Source of the DNA: Trueperaceae bacterium
GTDB lineage: Bacteria; Deinococcota; Deinococci; Deinococcales; Trueperaceae
DNA: 64,000 bases
Assembly: GCA_965213705.1 (NCBI GenBank)
Contig: OZ243913.1
Location: 3,168,001-3,232,000, forward strand
Direction of reading: 5' to 3'
Positions 60,485 to 64,000 of this stretch are shown one piece after another. Made by a program: the position numbers and the translations under genes. Every line of letters begins with the position of its first letter. Positions within the stretch are counted from its first letter, which is position 1. The notes beneath the pieces are model-generated. The model saw only the letters and a program-made list of their open reading frames with translations, did not search any database and was not told the origin of the DNA.

Positions 60485-61177
60485 TCACTCATCGTTCTTT
60501 TTTGAGCCAGGTGCGCTGGATACGTGATTACCCTTCTCCTCTACGAGGTTGTCTGACCACGTTTCCAAGTGTGCGGCGTCGTTGACAACTTCCACGGAAG
60601 TAAATGTCTCCGAAATACGCAGCTTGCTGATGCTGGTGTTCTCTAAACGAAAGCCCCAGCCGCCGGGCTCACCGCGGGCTCTAGGGGCGGGGCGGCCTGT
60701 GAAAAGCTGCAAGACGGCGCTTATCGTGCCGCCATGCGCAAAGGCGATGACGCGGCCCGTTTTGGGCAAACCCTTCAACCAGTCGGCGACGCGGCTCTGC
60801 AGGTCGTCGCTTGACTCGCCGCCGGGGACGGGTTGGTCGTAAGGCCCGGTGAACCACACGACGAACTGCGCCTGTTCGTCTTCGGGGATGTCCTGCCAGA
60901 CTTTACCCTCGAACGCGCCCAAGTTGATTTTGCGCAGGCGTGCGTCCCGGCACAGCTCAGCGTCGGGAAAGACGGTTTTAGCGGTGACGGCGGCCCGTTG
61001 CAAGTCCGAGGTGTAAACCGTGTCGAAGGGCAAGTGTCCGATGCGTTTCGCCAACGCCTCGGCTTGGCGAAGGCCGAGGGCGTTCAGGGGCACGTCGGTG
61101 TCGCCCTGCACGCGGCGGGTGCGGTTCCATTCTGTTTCACCGTGGCGAATCAGCCACAGCTCGAGTTCTTCAGCCAT
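60485..61177 (-). CDS. Histidine phosphatase family protein (paralogue 3; conserved Glu replaced by Lys)
   Basis: RHGET.WN, SDLQRA..TA, PGGES, HGG, N.SIS, ND..HL; RLRK instead of RLRE. Confidence 0.88.
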   Translation of the reverse strand: MAEELELWLIRHGETEWNRTRRVQGDTDVPLNALGLRQAEALAKRIGHLPFDTVYTSDLQRAAVTAKTVFPDAELCRDARLRKINLGAFEGKVWQDIPEDEQAQFVVWFTGPYDQPVPGGESSDDLQSRVADWLKGLPKTGRVIAFAHGGTISAVLQLFTGRPAPRARGEPGGWGFRLENTSISKLRISETFTSVEVVNDAAHLETWSDNLVEEKGNHVSSAPGSKKNDE

Positions 61178-61784
61178 CAAAACCCTCCAAATGTGCCGTG
61201 TCGTTCAAGGTGACAACCACCTTCGAAGTACCGCTCAGCCGCAGCCGGGTGATGCCCGTGTTGCCGAACGTCAGGTTCCACTCATACGCTTTTGGGGGGT
61301 CGATGAACGAGAACACCGCCGCCCGAATCGTGCCGCCGTGCGAAAAAGCGATAACCCGCCCACGCTTGGGCAACGAGTCCAGCCAGTCGCCGACGCGCGC
61401 GATAAGCTCGAGCCACGTTTCCCCGCCGTCGGCCCGCCGGTTGAGCGGGTCTTGGTACATCGCTTGACGCATGGCGGTCTCGGCGGGTGTAAATTCGGCG
61501 GTCGTTTTTCCCTCCAACACGCCGTAGCTCAGCTCTCGCAAGCGTTCGTCCAAACACAGGTGTCCGTTTGGAAAAACCACTCGCGCCGTGTCCTGCGCTC
61601 GCGCAGAGTCGGACGAATAAACCCGGTCAAAGGTTTCACCCTGAAGACGCTGCGCCAGAACTTCAGCCTGCCTCAGTCCGAGCGGAGACAGCTGCGAGTT
61701 TTGCTGGCCTTGAATGCGGCGTTCGGCGTTCCAGTCGGTTTCGCCGTGTCTTATCAGCCAAAGGTCCAGGTATTCGTCAGCCAT
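61170..61784 (-). CDS. Histidine phosphatase family protein (paralogue 2)
   Basis: RHGET.WN, RLRE, GGE, SHGG, ND..HL. Confidence 0.9.
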   Translation of the reverse strand: MADEYLDLWLIRHGETDWNAERRIQGQQNSQLSPLGLRQAEVLAQRLQGETFDRVYSSDSARAQDTARVVFPNGHLCLDERLRELSYGVLEGKTTAEFTPAETAMRQAMYQDPLNRRADGGETWLELIARVGDWLDSLPKRGRVIAFSHGGTIRAAVFSFIDPPKAYEWNLTFGNTGITRLRLSGTSKVVVTLNDTAHLEGFDG

Positions 61785-61953
61785 GCTTGAAGTCGTCCTC
61801 CCGGTCAACCCTATCACCCAGCGACAACCCGTGAAATAGAAGCGGCAGGGGTTTCCAGGCAGGTCAAAAAATTCCCCGTTCAGTTCGACGAGCGGTCCGA
61901 AACTTAAAACGCCGAAAAACGGTTCTTGAGGGAAGCGTGGGGGTGTCCAAGTT

Positions 61954-62574
61954 TCAAAAACTCCACAGGTCTTCGCGGCCTTTCAGGTGTGCGTGGTCGT
62001 TTAAGAAACTGATAGTCGTGTGGCCTTTTTCGAGTATCAACCGTGAGACGCCGGTGTTGTTGCTGGCGAACGAAAAAGCGGGGCTGTAGCCGACGAGACG
62101 GTGAAGCGCCGCGTGGATGACGCCGCCGTGGGTGAACGCTATGACCTTACCCTGTTCCGGCAAGTCAGCTAACCAAGCACCTACCCGGTCGATAACGTCT
62201 TGAAAGTTTTCACCGCCGGGCGGGCGCTGCACCAGTCGGTCGCCGCGAACGTGGCGCAGCAACGCCCGCTGTTCCTCGGTTCGTTCGGTGTCGGTCGTAC
62301 CCTCCAGCACGCCGCGCCCGATTTCCCGTAGCCGCACGTCTTGGACGAGTTCTCGGTCGGGAAAAACGATTTTCGCGGTGCTCAGGGCGCGCTCGAGATC
62401 GGAACTGTAAACGCAGTCGAAATGCTCAAACTCGAGCCTTTGCGCCAAGCGCCGCGCCTGCTTGACGCCCAACTCGCTCAAGGGATTGTGGCTGTGGCCT
62501 TGAGTGCGGCGTTCCCGGTTCCAGTCGGTTTCGCCGTGGCGGACGAGCCAAAGGTCCAGAAAATCGTCAGCCAT
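61954..62574 (-). CDS. Histidine phosphatase family protein (paralogue 1)
   Basis: RHGET.WN, SSDLERA, RLRE, PGGE, THGG, ND..HL. Confidence 0.9.
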   Translation of the reverse strand: MADDFLDLWLVRHGETDWNRERRTQGHSHNPLSELGVKQARRLAQRLEFEHFDCVYSSDLERALSTAKIVFPDRELVQDVRLREIGRGVLEGTTDTERTEEQRALLRHVRGDRLVQRPPGGENFQDVIDRVGAWLADLPEQGKVIAFTHGGVIHAALHRLVGYSPAFSFASNNTGVSRLILEKGHTTISFLNDHAHLKGREDLWSF

Positions 62575-62935
62575 CGTTGAGGGCCTTGTCCCGGTAAACC
62601 TTGTCCTCGAGCGAAGGCGCGCGAATCATGAACGTCTCGACGGGCGTTTCGACGCTCAAAATCGCGTGGTACAGCCCAGTCGGGAAACAGCAAAACTCGC
62701 CCGCCGAAACCGTGTAGACCTCTTCCTCAACTCGAACGGTCAAGCTGCCCTTCAAGACGATGAAGCACTCGTCGCTGTCCCTGTGGGCGTGCAGACCGTC
62801 GTCTTGCCAAGGCTCATCGGTGTTGTTGTACCAAATTTGCAACTTCTGAGAGGTGAAGCCGACGGTGTCGGGTGGCTTGCGGCCGGTGAGCAGGGTTGAA
62901 AAGTCGGGCAGTTTGCGGTGGTGAAAGGTCGGCAT
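62567..62935 (-). CDS. Cupin-domain protein
   Basis: H.H...DE.F.VL.G and P.G..H cupin motifs. Confidence 0.85.
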   Translation of the reverse strand: MPTFHHRKLPDFSTLLTGRKPPDTVGFTSQKLQIWYNNTDEPWQDDGLHAHRDSDECFIVLKGSLTVRVEEEVYTVSAGEFCCFPTGLYHAILSVETPVETFMIRAPSLEDKVYRDKALNDG

Positions 62936-62971
62936 GGTGCCGAGTTTACACCCTGAGCCTACAGCTTGGAT

Positions 62972-63739
62972 TTATATCCTGGGCAAAATCACCGGCAGGC
63001 GACTCCCCGGCTGCTGGAACACGTGAGCGTCGGTTTGGTAGACCTCACGCAGCAACGTTTCGGTGAAGACCTCTGCCGGTCGGCCTACCGCCACGACGCG
63101 GCCCGCGTTCAAAACGAGCACGCGGTCACAGGCCCTCGCCGCCAAGTTCAGGTCGTGGAGCACGGCAAGCACGCCCAAACCGGCAGCAGCCTCACGCCTG
63201 GCAAGACCCAAAATCTCGGTTTGGTACTTGAGGTCGAGGTGATTCGTCGGCTCGTCGAGGAGAAGGTAGCGCGGTTGTTGCGCCAGCGCCAGCGCCAACA
63301 GCACCCGCTGCCGCTCGCCGCCCGACAACGTGGCGGCGACACGGTCCCGCAAGCGCCACACGTCCGCGGCGCGCATCACGCGCTCGACGACGGTGTAGTC
63401 CTGACGAGACTCGCGCGCCAAAAAGCCCAGGTGCGGGGTGCGGCCCATGAGAACGAGTTCGAGCGCCGTGAACGCCGCCGGCACGTCGCCCGCCTGCGGC
63501 ACCACGGCGATTTGCCGGGCCAGCTCGAGCCTTGACGAGCGCCGCAGGTCGCGCCCGTCAAGCGTCACACGGCCGGCGTCCGGCGCGAGCACCCGCGTCA
63601 GGAGTTTTATCAAAGTTGATTTGCCCGCCCCGTTCGGCCCGACGATTCCGAGGACTTCACCGGGGTTCAGCTCGAGGGTCACGTCGTCCAAAACGGGTGT
63701 CCGCCCGTAGCCGAAACTCACGTTTTGCACGCTTATCAT
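62972..63739 (-). CDS. Iron-chelate/cobalamin ABC transporter ATP-binding protein (FecE/BtuD/HmuV-like)
   Basis: [38 protein letters not shown]. Confidence 0.93.
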   Translation of the reverse strand: MISVQNVSFGYGRTPVLDDVTLELNPGEVLGIVGPNGAGKSTLIKLLTRVLAPDAGRVTLDGRDLRRSSRLELARQIAVVPQAGDVPAAFTALELVLMGRTPHLGFLARESRQDYTVVERVMRAADVWRLRDRVAATLSGGERQRVLLALALAQQPRYLLLDEPTNHLDLKYQTEILGLARREAAAGLGVLAVLHDLNLAARACDRVLVLNAGRVVAVGRPAEVFTETLLREVYQTDAHVFQQPGSRLPVILPRI

Positions 63740-64000
63740 TCAGCCCGACCCTTTTGACGGCGCAACAGGTACAGAAAAAACGGCCCGCCGACCAGAGCTG
63801 TGACGACGCCGATAGGGATTTCGCCCGGCGCGATGACGGTGCGCGCCAGCAGGTCGGCGAGCACCAAAAAGAGCGCGCCGAGAACCGCCGCCGTCGGCAC
63901 GAGTCGGCGGTGGTCGGGGCCGAGCGCGAGTCGCACGGCGTGGGGCACCATCAAGCCTACAAAGCCGATAATGCCCGACACGCTCACCGCCGCCGCGGTA
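63736..64000 (-). CDS. FecCD/BtuC-family ABC permease, C-terminal part (runs off the window)
   Basis: [30 protein letters not shown]. Confidence 0.92.
   Translation of the reverse strand, partial: TAAAVSVSGIIGFVGLMVPHAVRLALGPDHRRLVPTAAVLGALFLVLADLLARTVIAPGEIPIGVVTALVGGPFFLYLLRRQKGRAE

Overview
GC-rich, densely coding bacterial chromosomal segment. It looks like Deinococcota (probably Truepera-like), judging from the many leaderless genes with a TANNNT -10 box just before the start codon, an AUA-started infC and Hsp33 with a C-terminal Cys extension. Core genes: lgt (partial), pgk, potBC-like permeases, mscS, a coxG-S-L-M form II/xanthine-dehydrogenase-family molybdoenzyme operon, trxB, hemH, hemY, pepA, rimK, infC-rpmI-rplT, a family-5 UDG, malY/patB, hslO, a DUF1998 helicase, glycosyltransferases, three tandem histidine phosphatases and an iron/cobalamin ABC transporter (partial). 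I recognised no rRNA, tRNA, CRISPR array, transposase or integrase. Most notable observations: (1) strong over-representation of the palindrome CTCGAG, similar to HIP1; (2) a putative stress module with a divergent RpoD paralogue, an orphan NarL regulator, CsbD and a tiny candidate sRNA behind a consensus promoter set inside an inverted repeat; (3) a ~100-bp dispersed repeat with compensatory hairpin changes and an inverted loop; (4) a CI/LexA-like repressor with Cys in place of the catalytic Ser, facing an unannotated 58-aa membrane protein; (5) a TetR-controlled cluster with an APCDD1-like secreted protein; (6) an animal-type [2Fe-2S] ferrochelatase; (7) two apparently recently broken genes (a PIN/DUF3368 toxin and an NmrA oxidoreductase). 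All family assignments come from recognising motifs by eye, not from database searches.
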